This document shows positions 11,751 to 28,127 of a stretch of 64,000 nucleotides of DNA, piece after piece (the first letter of the stretch is position 1; the number at the start of each line of letters is the position of its first letter). Location: assembly GCF_009914755.1 (NCBI RefSeq), contig NC_060929.1. One strand, written 5' to 3'. The DNA comes from the human T2T-CHM13v2.0 reference genome, Homo sapiens. The notes under the pieces were generated by a model that was given only the letters and a program-made list of their open reading frames with translations, had not been told where the DNA came from and searched no databases. The position numbers were made by a program, and so were the translations under genes.

Positions 11751-14134
11751 TGAGCCTACTATTATGTGCATAGTTATGCTAAGAGTCAAGGTAAAAAAAA
11801 AAAAAGACAACTGTAGATATGACCTTCACATAAAGTGCTGGGCAACCCAGGTACTCAGAAGGATTGGTTTGTTTTTATTGTGGGAAGGAGGCGGAAGCGG
11901 AACTCATGTGTAAGGTGCCTATCGTGCAGGTACTCCATCAGTGCTTTCAGCACATGCCTTAATCGTCATTTAGCTCAGCAGTGGTATCACAGTTACAGCA
12001 GAGAAGACAGATGCTCAGGAAAATTAAATGACTCACCTGAAATCACTCATCTAGAAAGTGGCTGACCCAGGGTTTGAACCTAATTTTTTTTAACTCCACA
12101 AAGCACATTATTCACATTGTATAATACAACCTCCAAACAATTGTTCTGTAAAGACATTTGCCAAATGCAAAGCAGTAATTTCTTGCATGAAAGATGAGAT
12201 TTTTTCTCCTGTGTTTCTATCTGGCTACTTGCATAATAAATTCTATTGACTTGTTATTTTAATATGACACTAAAACCTGGCTTTTCAAGATGCAAGAAGC
12301 CTGGGATTGGAGTGGGCGGAAATCAAAATCTTGGCCTTAGCTTGTGAACCCCATATATATTGAGAGGTATTAAAGTGTGATGGATTGCATGCTCTGGAGT
12401 TTTATAGATCTGTCTGATTCCTGCCTTTAACAAAAAATTAGCCATGTAAACTTGCACACAGTGCTTAACTTTGCATCTCTCAGTTTCCTCATATGTTGTC
12501 AGGATTGAAAGATATTTTATATATTATATATCTATATATATATACACACACATACATATATCTATATTATATATACATACATATATCATATATATACCAC
12601 TTATCGTAGTACCAATCCCAAGATAAACTTACCTTATATAAATAAATAATAAATGAAAGAATGAATAAATAAATGTTATCTGTTTTATTGTTACTATTAA
12701 TAATAATAGCAGCAAAATGATTTATAATTCACTTTCTCCTCTAGTGCTTTAGAAGATAATATAAATTTTAAAAATGCTATTAAAATATTAAACGATTGAT
12801 ATCCTAGAAACAATCTTCAAAGTCAATAGTTTAATATTTTCTTTTTTCAAGTATTATATGGGATAGCCTTTATTTACAGTAACTACTTTGTTGAGTTTCT
12901 TAGTGAATGTGAATATAATGTTCTTAATAAACAGTATTGCTGATATTTGTAGAGTTTTAATAGTTTACAAAGTAATTAAAAAGCATATTCATTTGACCTG
13001 GTGAAGTTGATAGTTATCCCGTTTTACAGATAAAGAAACTGAGGTTCAAAGCAGTGAACGATTTAACCAGTTTCAGAGTTTATAAGAGACAGGGTGGTGC
13101 CTGGTCTTGGTATCAAATCTCTCCTTTCACTTCACTGTAGTGATTTCTTTAGGAGTAGAATGGACTGAATAATATCCGTGGCCATGTCTAGAGTAATTCT
13201 GTTGTAATGTCTGTCTGTGTGTTCTTCAGCCAAGTTACATTCAAAGGATTCTGTCACTAAATGTTTGCACTCCCTCTGTTTTCTGGTCTATCATTCTGAA
13301 TGGAGCTCACAGACTTTTGCAGACAAACAGTAAATTAATTAATGAGAAGGCAGCATACAGCATGAGCTTCTATGTGCTTGGAAAAGGTGGGAAAGAAATA
13401 GTTGCTCGATAATAGTAGAAAGAATCTAGGAACCTAGGTTTCACTCCCAGATGCCACTTTCACCTGTATGTATGCTCAAGTAACTTGCCCTCTGCAACCT
13501 GTTTATTAACCTGCAAAAAGGAAAATGATAAAACTGTACATGTTTACATCATTGGATTACTATGAGAACCAAATGAGATTATACATGACAACAATAGCAG
13601 GTAGTATTTATTGCATGCTTACTATCAACCAGGTACCCTTCCAATTTGTTTCATTCCTTTTATTTAATTTTCATGATAACTTTACGAGAAAGTTAAATGT
13701 CCCCATTTATATGTGAGGCCTAGAGAGATTGAATAGCATTCCTAAAGTCACATTTCTGGTTAGTGGTAGAGCCAGGTACAGGAGTTTTATTCCAGAGTAC
13801 ATATTCTTCACCAATGAACATTATTAGGAATAATTATCAAAAAATAAATGCCAGTCAGCTCCCATGGAATTTATACTAGAATAGTGTCATTATATCATAA
13901 GAGCACATAAAAAAATTTCAAACTTCATACATCCACTGAAAATAGAGGCTAGGTTTTTATTAAAATTCTACTTTCTTTGTGTTAGAAGATACACCTCTTG
14001 TCTCCCAGGCCAGTGCTCTTTCTGGAGTGCCCAAAGACCCCTTCTTTCTTTTATGTTCTGAATCAGTGCCATCAGCTTTCTCTAGTCACTGCTAACTACT
14101 GAACAATTCATGGGCTGTGATCAGAAGCACTTAC

Positions 14135-14204
14135 CTGCATAGCAGGTCAGGAATAAGACAAGCAGTCCCAGGACAACTGTCAGGCGAAGTACTGAGACAG
14201 CCAT
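14135..14204 (-). CDS. C5orf46: C5orf46 coding exon 1: signal peptide MAVSVLRLTVVLGLLVLFLTCYA (5' UTR extends to about 14240)
   Basis: ATG at 14204-14202; 70 nt = 23 codons + 1 nt; ends at the donor CAG|GTAAGT. The hydrophobic N-terminus is recognised as C5orf46. Confidence 0.96.
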
Positions 14205-14264
14205 TCTGGTAGCACGGGGTATTCGTGCAGATAAATTGTTCAGATACATGTGAAACAATGCTCC

Positions 14265-14321
14265 ATTTATAGGGCATAGATAGGTGACATCATCTGCTTT
14301 GGAATTTAGATTGTTGCACAA
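14265..14321 (-). promoter_or_regulatory. C5orf46 core/proximal promoter: TATA box, CRE/AP-1-like site and C/EBP-like site
   Basis: TATAAAT on the minus strand at 14271-14265, about 60 nt upstream of the ATG; TGACATCA at 14285-14292; TTGCACAA at 14314-14321. These are motif matches only. Confidence 0.65.
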
Positions 14322-14849
14322 GATGTCTGCACAGCTTGCTTTTGGATCTGTACTAATGAGACATACCCTATCATTCAAACCAAACATTTTACATATAGGG
14401 AAAGAAAAACCCTCTTGATTTTTAAAATTTGTATCTATAAAGGGTTCTGGAGTGAATCTCTTGAGGCTAGTTTCAAGGCCAGCATTGATAATTAAAGGGA
14501 TATCAGGTAGAATTGCTCGTCAGTGCCAAGCAGCAGGCAACAAATCAGATTGGCAAGGCAAGCCTACACCCTCCCTTTACACTCTATGCCTTCCCTCGTG
14601 CTCTGGGACAATCCCTTGTTCCCACATGGGCATGCCCTTTCACACCCCATGCGTCTGCTCTTGCTCTTCCTTCTTCCTCAGATACCCTCCTCCTTGTCTC
14701 CCTTCGGATCACTCCTACGTATTCCTCAGTTCAAATGGTCCTTCTTTGTGATACCTTCATGATAACCACTCCACCCTTCTCCAGGCAGTTTGTTACTTCA
14801 TCATCTGCCCTATAGCACACTTGACCCCATTGTATAAGAACTAAGTGTT

Positions 14850-15155
14850 GGCTGGGCGCGGTGGCTCACACCTATAATCCAAGCACTTTGGGAGGCTGAG
14901 GTGGGCGAATCACGAAGTCAGGAGTTCAAGACCATCCTGGCCAACATGGTGAAACCCCGTCTCTACTAAAAATACAAAAAATTAGCTGGTCGTAGTGGCA
15001 GATACCTGTAATCCCAACTACTTGGGAGGCTGAGGCAGGAGAATCGCTTGAACCCTGGGAGGCGGAGATTGCAGTGAGCGGAGATCACACCACTGCACTC
15101 CAGCCTGGGTGACAGAGTGAGACTCTGTCTCAAAACAAACAGAAAACGACAACAT
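14850..15155 (+). mobile_element. AluS element upstream of C5orf46
   Basis: GGCTGGGCGCGGTGGCTCAC start, dimeric body, degenerate A tail. Confidence 0.92.
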
Positions 15156-15164
15156 AAACTGTCT

Positions 15165-15750
<586 letters not shown>

Positions 15751-15799
15751 GAGAACTAAGTGTTTTAACAGCTCTCTTCTCTTTCAGCTTGTGGATCCA

Positions 15800-16380
15800 C
15801 TTATTTGTTTATTGGCAAAATATTGTACATATTCGTGGTGCACAATATGATGTTTTGAAATATGCATATATTGTGCAAAGGCTATATCTGGCTATTTAAT
15901 ACCCAGACTACTCATACTTATCTTTTTTTGTGTGGCGAGAACACTTAAAATCTGCTCTCTTAGCAATTTTCAAGTATACAATACAATGTTATTAACTATA
16001 GCCACCATGATGTAAAATAGATGTCTCAAACTCATTCCTCCTATTTAGCTCAAATTTTATATCTTTTGACCAACATCTCCCCAATCCCTCCCACTACCCA
16101 ACTCCCGGTCTCTGGTAACTATCATTCTACTCTTTGCCTCTGTGAGTTCATCTTGTTTAGAGTCTGCATGTAAATGAGATCATGTGGTATGTATTTGTCT
16201 TTCTTTGTCTTTCAGTGCCTGGTTTATTTCATGTAACATCATGTCCTCCAGGTTCAACTGTGTTGCAAATGATAGAATTTCCTTCTTTTTTAAGGCTCTA
16301 TAGTAAATAGTATTCCAGTGTATACATATCATGGTTTCTTTTTCTATTCACCTGTTGATGGACACTTAGGTTGATTCCTA
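15800..16380 (-). mobile_element. L1MA 3' UTR fragment
   Basis: gagaacacttaaaatctgctctcttagcaattttcaagtatacaatac is an L1MA 3' motif. Confidence 0.8.
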
Positions 16381-16644
16381 GCCTGTAGGTCTCAAGAGAA
16401 GAATGTTTTATTACTGCTGAATCCTCATGGAGCCTACTCTATTGCCTGGTCTTGGTCTCACCTTTGACTTCACCTCCTCTGAAAGTTTGTTCCGGTTTTT
16501 CCAAATAGAGATAGATGATCCTCTGATGTACCTGCTAGGTCCTTTTTAAATGTCTTTACCAATAGGCTGTAGGCTTCTCGAAGGCAAAACTATCTTTTTT
16601 AGAGTTGAATACATATTAACTGAGGCACATGGCAAATACCAAAA

Positions 16645-16712
16645 CACATACATACACACACACACACACAAAACAAAACAAAACAAAACAAAACAAAACA
16701 AAACAAAAAAAC
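16645..16712 (+). repeat. Compound (CA)n-(AAAAC)n microsatellite
   Basis: Directly visible. Confidence 0.9.
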
Positions 16713-18922
16713 AGCAGCAGAAGAAAAAATAATCTGGGAATTGATTAAGACCAGTCTTTCTCCCCGACTGCCAGACTCCATTGCCTTGGTCTCTATACCC
16801 ATACCCATCACCATGGTTCCCCTTGAATAAAGTCTACCTTACCATCTTTTTTTTTTTAAAAGAAATAATTAACTGGATTAAATATATTTGCACTTGGTGA
16901 AACAGAATGTTGGATTTGAGATGCTGCTATGTATTTCAGATGTAAAATAATCTCCCTTTGCAATACACGCAAGAGAATAAAGTTTGGTTCAAGTCTAGAT
17001 GATATTGGTTATCCTGAGGAATGCTATAAATTCATTTAATTGGAATGTGGACTTGGGAATACCTAAACTTATTGATTTACCAATACTTATACTTTGCATG
17101 TGTCAAAATACCATTTTATAAATGGGAAAGTTAACTAAAGTATGGACAAAAGGAGGTTCATCCAGCATCTCAGAGCCAAGGCTAGGGCAATGTTTCTTAC
17201 TTACTAGTTATACGCTTCACAAGGCACCAAACCACTTCTGGAACATAATCAGGCAGCTCTGTTGCACCTTGTGTGGTGTGGCCTTCCAAGGCCTTCCCAA
17301 CATATCTTCTCAGGAAAACACTGGTCTTGTCTCTCTTGCACAAAGGGTTGAATCTAGACTCTAGACTCTAGATCACCACTGTTTGTATAGGACAGACAAG
17401 GCCAGAGTCTCTAATAAAATCTAGACATTAAAAGGCCTTCATTGAGGTAGATTTATGTCATCAGGGTCACTACTGATGACTGAGCACTGTGATTGTCCAA
17501 GAGGCTAGTAGGGGAATGACATTCAAGTGTCCTCTATCAGTTAGGCCATGGATCCTGACACATTGCTGTGTTTGCCTGGGAAAGGGTACATATTTTTCTA
17601 ATCATCACAAGGGCACTCTATAGATAAGAGCAGGCTGTAGATACAGCAACTTAAGACAGAAATTTGCTGGCTTCTTAGGAATAGCAGCTGGACAGGGCAA
17701 GCAGACAAATCCTAAATCAGCTGCTTTTGGAGGTCTGGTGTCAAAAAGCTAGCACTGTCCTGAGTGTCAGGATAGCTGGCCTCGATTCCTGTCAGTAACA
17801 CTAGCTCATTGCATGGCCCTGATTCAATACCCTCCGTTTTCCCTGCTTCTTGTTCTTATTCTTTCTCTCCTCTTGGTTTGTTCCTCATAGCTTCAGGTCT
17901 CAGCTAAAATGTCTTGTCTTTGGTGAAAACTTCTATGACTCTCTAATCCGATTCAGATCCCTATGTGATTAAGTTTTCTACACTCTGTATTCTTTCTTCT
18001 CAGCACTTAAATTTTGATGATTTAATGTCTCTCTTTCCAAGGAATGTTAACATCTCAAAGGGAAGCATTCTGATCAGTCTTGTTCAGGGAGATGGCTTTG
18101 CTGTCTAGGATAGTGCTTTGTTTGTAAAAGATACCCAACAAATATGCATTGAATCAATGAGCTAATAAACAATTCTGAGAAGAGGAACCAGGTTCTTTTG
18201 GTTATTATCTGTGTGACTCTGGCAAATGACAGGTACCCTGTGGGTCTCAGTTTCTACATCTGTAAAGGGACATAATATAAATTTCTGCCTATATATCAGC
18301 ACCATTGTAAGAATATAGGAGATAAAAATGAAACACCTGATAACTGTAAAGAGCCCTTAATGTTGGCCGTATAAATAACAGTTAAAAAGCTGTGATTTAT
18401 CTTCCATTGCCATAAACAAGTGAATTTGCTTTAGGTTAGATGAGAAACTGAGATTATGAAAGAGGGTTTTACCCAAGCTGGGAAGAAAAAGAGAACCTTC
18501 TTCTACAACACTATTCTAGCTTGGGAAGAAGGTATAGGAATGAAGGAAATAAGAAATGTTTTAATTCCTACAGACTTTTCCAGACTTAATTAAAAATCAT
18601 CTGAGTGGTTTTTTTTCTCAAGGTAGAAAAGAATTACAATTTGGGTTGGCAATCTCATGGAGAGATTTCAATGTATGCATTAGTGTTAAAAGCACAGGTT
18701 TTGGGATCACACAGAACTGAGTTTGAATTTCAGATTTGCCCCTTACGAGCTGTGTGACACTGTAACCTTAAGATATTTTTAATTTCTCTGTGCTTTGGAT
18801 CCAGTGTCCATAAAATAGGAATAATGATACCTCTTGGTGTTGTTATAAAGATTAGATAAGAAAATTTGTAAAACTAGCACAGTGCCTTGCAAATACTAAG
18901 TGAAAAATAAATAATAAACTTG

Positions 18923-19001
18923 TCTATTCTATTCTATTCTATTCTATTCTATTCTATTCTATTCTATTCTATTCTATTCTATTCTATTCTATTCTATTCT
19001 A
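18923..19001 (+). repeat. (CTATT)n pentanucleotide microsatellite, about 15 perfect units
   Basis: Directly visible. Confidence 0.97.
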
Positions 19002-19040
19002 CATTGAGTTGTCTTAGAGGAGGGAGAGAGACATTTTAGG

Positions 19041-19107
19041 ACCACCACCACCACCACCACCACCACCACCACCACCACCACCACCACCACTAATAATAAT
19101 AATAATA
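19041..19107 (+). repeat. (ACC)n-(AAT)n compound trinucleotide microsatellite
   Basis: Directly visible. Confidence 0.97.
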
Positions 19108-19544
19108 GGCTGCCTCCTCTGGTCAGGTGCTGAATTAGATACAATGTATCAATACAATTGTTGAGAGGCTACCATTTCCTCATTTTATACAAGGAAATTT
19201 AAGCTTAGAGGAGTTTTCCCAAGGTTACAAATTATATACGAGCCAGAGCAGGGAATTGGACACACGAACGTGTGATTCCAATGTTCCTGCTTTCAGCTAT
19301 TCTGTTAAGTTGCACTGGCATATGCTCATGGTTGCTACTGGCAAAATGCCTGGGCCAAGCGAGGAACACCATGTTACCAACCTGTTTGCCCACAGATTCA
19401 TCTGTGCCAACTCTGCTTTTTTTCATTAGCCTCTGAATAAAGTTCTGGCCTATTTCATTCACTATATTTTTGCTCAGTTTGATATAGCAAACATGCAGTT
19501 TACACGGTGTCTTTTTTATCCTCGGCAGAAATAGGACTGGAGAT

Positions 19545-19756
19545 AGGGCTGTAGGATAAAATACATGATGCCCAATTAAATGTGAATTTCAGATAACAAT
19601 GAGGAATTTTTTAGGATAAATATATACCAAATATTTCACAGGAATTCTTATACTAAAAAATTATTTGTTGTTTAGCTGAAATTAATTTTTTCTTACATTT
19701 TTAGCTGAAATTTAAATGTAACCGGGCATCTGGTACTTTTATTTGTGAATCTACCT
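19545..19756. mobile_element. Second MER53-like palindromic DNA transposon
   Basis: gatgcccaattaaatgtgaatttcagataac...ctgaaatttaaatgtaaccgggcatc; similar to 10935-11128. Confidence 0.65.
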
Positions 19757-21809
19757 GGAGAAGCCCTCATAATTCTTCTCTTATTAAAAAACCCGTGATC
19801 AGGGAGTGCAGAATAGGACTGAGAGAGGTTACATAAAGGATTAAAGAATAGTATGTGAGAAGTTGAAATCAAATGAGGAAACTAGAAGTCATTAAAGGGC
19901 TCTAGTTCCTCTTTAACATCACATCTGGAATATGTTTCCTCCTTGAAAGCCTCATAAAGAAATCATAAAACCCTCTCTTGTTCTTGGTTCATTCCAGCTA
20001 AAGTTTCAGACTAGTCTTGGAAGGGATGCATGTGGCTTCAGCTAGGGGTGCCATTCCCATGGTGTCTACATGCTAAGGAGTGGTCACACTCTTTGTTACC
20101 CTAATCACCTTCCTCTATGTAGCTTATACATTAGTCAATCTTCATGCCATAGATCCATTTAACAGTTACTTTTTCAGTGAACATTTATTTATTGAGCTTA
20201 TACTATTTGCCAGGTACTCTGCCAGACACTGGGGACAAGAAAATACAAAACAACAGTCCCTGACCTACCTTTGTTGAGGAGGCAAACACGTAACCAAATA
20301 ATTGCAATTTAAATATGAGAAATGCTAATGGAGTTGTGAACAGATTCCTATAGAAGACTAACAGGGAGTGGTTAACGTTGCCTGCGGGAGGGGGTCACAG
20401 ACAAATCATTGTTTGGGCCTTGAAAAGTGATTGTGTAGGTGTTTACTATGCAACCAAGGTGTGGAGAAGACACCTCAGGTAGGAGGAATGACATCTGTGA
20501 AGACACAGAAGCATGGAAGAGCATTGCATATTTCTAGGAATGAACCTCAAATTCTTCAGTGTTATTAGAAGTGAAGATTGAAGTGAAATAACTTAATCTC
20601 AAAATTTGTTTTAATTAATGAGCATGTTGGAAGGAAAAAAATGGAGGGGAAAGAGAAGAGAGAAGGAACAGAATGTTTGGGAGTGGAGAGTAAAAAATCA
20701 TTAAGTATTTAAACTCTTAGCTAGGAATTTTTTCTCTCTTCCTGTTCCCTAATTAGAATTTCAGATAAGGACATTGCCATGCATCAAATTATGTTAGAAA
20801 TGTGAATTTTCTTTACCTTTTATTATCACAGAACCGATTTTCTCACAAAGTGCTATCAATTTTCCTCTTAAATATCCTTAAAATTTATCAACTTCTTTCA
20901 CGTCCACAATAAGAGTCACAGTTTGGGGCTTCGTCTTGACTCTTGCAGTAACAATCTAAAGTCTCTCTGATGTTTGCCTCTCCCCATTCCAGGCTGTCTT
21001 CCACATTGCTGCCATTTTTATCACTCTATAACATAATTATGTTTACATCCTCTGTCATTTCTCTAATAATTTCTGTGGCTCCTGATTGCATATAAATAAG
21101 GCCTTTCATACTTCTTTCACAATCAATATCTCTAACTTCACTTTAGGAGTAGTATAATTTTAATGCATGAGTTCTAGAGTCAGGTAGCCTGCATTCAATT
21201 TCTGACTTCACCAGGGCTGGTATTTACTGGGCATGTACTGGGATGCTCATATCCAGTCTACTAGGCTGGGTTGGTGTTTGCACCCTAGTTGTTGAATAAT
21301 TTAATATCTTCTCAGCTGCTAACAATGTGATTTGGCAGTTAGCTTATACTCTCTAAACTTTAGTTCTCTATCTTCAATATAAAGATAATAAAAGTATCAG
21401 TCCCAAAAATTTTAATAAATCTGAAATAAAATATTAATGAAATAAATAAATTATAAATGAAGTCATGCTATACAAAGTTTAGCATCATGTATGTTTAACA
21501 AATGCTGACTATTTGCATTATCGCCTCCCACCACTCTCTAACCATGTTACCTCCTGTTTTACCTTACCAGGCATGCTCCAGAACTTGACTTATTTTATCA
21601 CTCTACTTGTTCTGCTTGAACCAATTCATCCCCACCAATTCATCCTTCAAACATTAAATCCTTCGGAAAGACATTGTAACCACAACCCTGACTTAATCCA
21701 TGGTACAATTAATCACTTTTCCTGTGTGCTCACTGTGCACACATCTCTATTATATTAAATCATGAGTTATTGTTTATATATCTGCCACTGCCATTAAGTT
21801 ACGAAAGCA

Positions 21810-22900
<1,091 letters not shown>

Positions 22901-23399
22901 TTACCTCTATTATTGACTCAGTAGATAAACCTACTTTAATTGATCACAGTTACTCTTCGATTTATAGTTTTCGATTTATAGTTTGACAATTTATAGCTTT
23001 CATGTCAATTATGTATTTATTACCTCATTTGGTCCCACAAAAACCTTGTAATTTAGCTATTATTATACACTTATCTGGCATAGATAAATTATGCATAATT
23101 GGCATAGAAATATTTACACTATTAATTTGGTACTATGGCCTTCTTAATTTAGGTGGGAGTCACTATTTCCATGTAATTAATTTATAATTTTGTAAAATGT
23201 TCCCTTCACTCCATCCTATGTACCAAAGTGAGGCATGACATAGTACCTGTTTTGAAATGTTGCCTCCACCCTCAGCCATGGCTCCAGCTGCTAGAAAAAC
23301 AAAAGCCACTGGACTCTTAACTGCCTTCCTTGTTTACATCTGATTCCTTGGCTTGAGATTTGGCTATTGTTCCAGTGGGGCTCTGGAATCACCTCTGCC

Positions 23400-23960
23400 A
23401 CTGACATTTTATATAAAACAAATCATACAATATGTGGCTTTTTGCGTCCAGCTTCTTTTATTTATCATGTTTTCAAGGTTCTTCTGCGTAATAGTATGTA
23501 TCAGTACTTCATTCTTTATTACTGCTAAATAATATTCCAGTGTATAGATATACCACATTTTATTTATCTATTCATCTGTTGATAAACACTTGGTTTGTTC
23601 TACTACTATTTGGCTATTATGAATAATGCTACTGTGAACATTCCTGGATAAGTGTATGAATGAACATATATTTTCATTTTTCATGGGTATACACATAGGA
23701 ATGGAATTGCTGGGTCATATGATAACTCGTTTTAAACTTGTGAGAAACTTCCAGACTCTTCAAAGCATCTACACTATTTCACATTCCCACTAGCAATTTA
23801 AGAGAATTCCAGTTTCTCCATATTATAACCTACCCTTGTTATTGCATCCTTTTTATTCTAGTCATCATAGTAGGTATGGAGTGGTATATAATTTTGCTTT
23901 TGATGTGCTTTTCCCTAATGGCTAATGATATTGATCATACTTCATTGAGCTTATTGGCCC
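23400..23960 (-). mobile_element. L1MB-like 3' fragment
   Basis: ggaattgctgggtcatatgataactc; tcagtacttcattctttattactg. Confidence 0.7.
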
Positions 23961-26420
23961 AATCATTTTGGGAGGCCAACATTACCCTGAGGCCAAAATC
24001 AGAATGAGAAATGACAAGACAATTACAAATTAATATCCCTCAGAAACATAAAAATAAAAATCCCCCCAAAAGTACTAGCAAATCAACTAAGTAGGGTTTA
24101 TATCTGAAATGCGAATCTTATTCAACATTTGAAAAATCAATAAATTCAATTTATCATATGGTCAGATTAAAGATGAAAAAGCATATAATCATTTCAATAG
24201 ATACAGAAAAGTCATTTGACAAGATTCAGTATCTATTATATAATATACATATATAGTTATATACATATATATAAAATAGTATGTCTTTATGCATATACCT
24301 CTCAGAAGACTAGCAATAGAAGGGAAATTCCTCTACTTGATAAGGAACATCTATAAAACACTCATGCTTAAAGATTTTAACATCACTCTTAATGATGAAA
24401 GATTAATGCATTCCTCTTGGATCAAGCACAAGACACAAATATCCTCTCTCCCTATTCCTTTTTGATGTTGAAGGGAAGGTCCTTACTAGTGCAATAATGG
24501 AAGAAAAAGAAGTAAGAGGATGGAAAAGGGAGAGGTAAAACTGTCTGTATTTACAGAAGGCGTGACTGGCTATGTGGAAAATCTCAAAGAATCTACAAAA
24601 ATGCTATTAGAAATAATAAGTGCATTTAACAAGTTTGAAGGATACATGGTTAACCTACAAAAATCAATTGCATTTCTACATACTTGCACAGAACAATTGG
24701 AAATTGGAATTAAAATGCGCCTTTTCTAATAACACCAAAACCATAAAATTCTTAGATATATGTCTAACAAAATAACTACAAATTATGTTTGCTTATAACT
24801 ATACAGTTCTGTTAAAAGAAGTAAAAAATGACCCCTAAATAAATGAAGATATTTATTGTATTCATGAATTAGAAGATGTTGACTCTTCCTAATGTGATCT
24901 ATAGATTCAACAGAGATCTAATCATAATTCTAGCATGATTTTGTATAAAAACAAGCAAACTAATTTTAATATTAAACGGAAAGGCAAATAACTAGAATAA
25001 CAAAAAAAATGAAAACAATAAAACCATGTAGAACGAAGTCTGAGGCACCACTCAAACTATTATCAAGGCTTCCATAAAGCTCAATGATTAAGACAGTATT
25101 ATATTGGAGAAAGGCTAGGCATATTGATGGAACAGAAGGCAGTCCAGAAATATACTTACATTTGTATGGTCAATTGCTTTGCAATGAAGGTGCACAGGTC
25201 AACCAATGAAGAAAAGATAACGCTTTCGATACATAATGGGAAGCAATTGGACAAAAAGAAATAAGGAATAAATGTTGATCTATATATTGTTATATAAAAA
25301 GTAACTCAAAATGGGTCACAGTCCTAAATGTAAAAACTTATACTCTAAAATTTCTTGAAAAAAATATAGAGGGAAAAATTTGTATCCTTGGATTAGATAA
25401 AGGTTTCTTAGACATAATACCAAAAACATGATTGTCACAGACAGAAATACACTGTTAAACAGCAAAGATAAACCACAGATTAGGAAAAAACTCTATATCT
25501 GTTAAAAGATTTGGAACCAGTATACATAAATTATGGTTTCAAAACTAAGTAATATGAAAACAACCCAATTTAAACAAAAGGCACAAAATATTTGAATAGA
25601 AATTCAGAGTAGACATGTGGAGGACAAGTATATGAAAAGATAATCTGCACCATTTGACATTAGAGAAATGAAAATCAAAACCATAATGAGATATTGCTAC
25701 CCACCTATCTAAAACTAAAACATTAAAAACAAAATTTAAAAAGCTAAAAGAACAAAAACAAAATAAAAAAATAGCAAGTGCTAAAGAGTATATAGAGAAA
25801 CTAAAACTCTCATACCTTGTTGGTGGGAATGTAACATAAGAAAATAGTTTGGCAGTATGTATACTTATTGTATAACCATATAAGTATTTACCCAGCAATC
25901 TCACTCTTAGATATATACTAAAGTGAAATCAATACTTACATTTACACAAAAACCACAGATGAATGTTTATAGTGGCTGTAATAGCCCTAAACATAAGCTC
26001 TAGTACGTCCACATAATAAGATATTACTCAGCACCATTAGGAATGAATCACTAATCTGTGCAACACCAAGAATGAATTTCAAAGTATTATTCCAAGTGGT
26101 AGGAGCCAGACTCAAAATGCTGTAACTGTATAATTCTAATTTCATTCATACAATGTTTTCAAAAAGCAAAACTGTAGCAACAAAAAGCAGAACTTTGGTG
26201 GTTAGGGGCTGAGCAGGGAGGGGAAGGCTTACTACAAATGAGCACAAAGGAATTCTTTTGGATGGTGGACATTTTGTGTCGTGAGTATATAGTCTGGTGA
26301 CAAAATTGTTTGTGTTTGACAAAACTCACAGAACTTACTTTAAAGGGTAAATTTAAACTGTATGTAAAATATACCTTGATGTTTAGCTATGTGTAAATTA
26401 TACCCTAATAAAGGAAAAAA
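23961..26420 (+). mobile_element. Ancient L1M(C/D) ORF2 RT to 3' UTR fragment
   Basis: Degenerate RT peptide at 24520-24729 (GEVKLSVFTEGVTGYVENLKESTK) followed by a 3' UTR ending in AATAAA. Confidence 0.8.
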
Positions 26421-28127
26421 CATATTTATAATAGCCTTGTTGATGGTGGTGGTAGTGATTAGACTACATGTGAAGCGGTAGTTATGTTTACATGCCATCT
26501 CTGCAGTGAACGTTCTGCGTAATCTTGAATACCTCTTTTCCCCCTTGCTACGTCCAAGTTTCTTCATTTTCCAATGATAAATTTGGATGGGATGATGACT
26601 AGAGTTTCTTCTGGCACTGGCATTCTGTGATGACTGAAGAGGTGATTTCTGAGGTTGCTTTTATGTTCCCTCAATCTTTGAAACCTATGCTTTTGTTGAG
26701 ATCTGGGCTGGGCCCACATTCTGAGACATTTCCATACATGACAGGTAGGTGTGTGTTTGTGCATGAGGATGGCTAGAGGTAATCAGGCCACCACCCTTTA
26801 TCTTTCTCATGCCTCCTTCACCAAGCTGTTTATGACTAATCTCTGAACAGCTGCCATCAACAGCAACCCAGAGCCCGAAGATGAATTTAAAAAAACAAAA
26901 ACCCCAAACATCTTGTACACTATCAGGTATCCTGTTGTGTCTCTTGATTGAACAGCTCAATAGAGTATAACAAAAATAATTCCCATTCGTAATGCCTGCT
27001 CCCAGGTGGGAACTCACGCATTCTTTACAATTACCCTACCCACAAATGTAGGTCATTGTGGATGTAATTATCCTCATTTTGCAAATTATTAAAAAGAAAA
27101 AAAACTAACAGCAGCAAAGACACAATAAAACAAAGGCGTGAACATTTTAATTCACTACCCTATTGTCAATCTACTAGTAAGTGGCAGAGCTAGGACTTAA
27201 ACTCACTGCTATCTGATACTAAAACCATTAATAAAAATGCGTCTAACAGGGTTCCAGTCTGAAAAATGAGAACCCGGTTACTGTTCATATACTTATTTAT
27301 CTATTCCTTAATTTATGCATTTATCGACAGATATTTTGTAACTGCAAAGTGTCAGGAAATATACTGTGCACAAGAGATATAACAGGAGATTGGATAGGCA
27401 CTATCCCTGCCACCGTGGAACCTACATTTTAGTCAGGGGGAGCGAAAAAATTCAGCAGGGAATTATGCTTCAGCATCGTAATTGCTACAATAGAATATTG
27501 TGGGCAGATAAAGGAAGACCAAAGAAATCTCCCAGAGGAAAGTTATCTATGCTGAGATGTGAGAGATAAGTAGGTGTTAGGCAAAGATTTACAGGTAGGA
27601 AAAAGCATGACAATAAATGAGAAACTTAAGTAGTTCAGTAGGACAGGGACTTGAAGTAAAGTGTCACGGAACAGGATAAAAAAAAACTGAAAAATATCTA
27701 GGGCTTGACTCATCCAGAATTCTGAGAAGTTTTTAAAATGGCTGGGACTTTTTCTAACAGCAATATGCAAGGGTTTTAAATAGAGAAGTGACATGATCAG
27801 ATTTTATTTTCCAGTTTCTTTAATTGGTAGTAGAAAATGAGAGTGAACCAACACTGAAGGCAAAGAGACCATTTAGGAAATCATTATTATCATTATAATC
27901 ACATTGTTATAATAATGACCATAATGATAGTGCTTGGAGATGGGGTTGGAGCCAGTGGTAATGTAACCAAGTGGATGGACTTGAGCAGTAAGTTTTTGTA
28001 ACTTTATTAGCCCTAATGCTGCAATCTTGACATATATTTTGTAATATACCTTCCATTCTATTAAAATTAGTAGATAAAATATCCTACTAACACACATAAT
28101 TTCAGAAGTCCATAAAAAATTAAAAAT

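Noticed and set aside
14121-14387. 88-aa ORF suggesting an N-terminally extended C5orf46
   Set aside because: The extension starts upstream of the TATA box (14271-14265) and the ORF reads through the exon 1 donor; the real start is the ATG at 14204.
14628-14637. Perfect p53/p63 half-site GGGCATGCCC upstream of C5orf46
   Set aside because: Only one half-site, with no properly spaced partner; not supportable without ChIP data.
18923-19107. Regular repeats as a possible CRISPR-like array (also 28128-28405 and 62481-62662)
   Set aside because: No unique spacers, no cas genes and a eukaryotic context; these are simple tandem repeats.
23400-26420. Twin-priming 5' inversion at the L1 strand switch near 23960
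   Set aside because: Both arms contain the ORF2 C-terminal/3' region, so they are two separate old elements.
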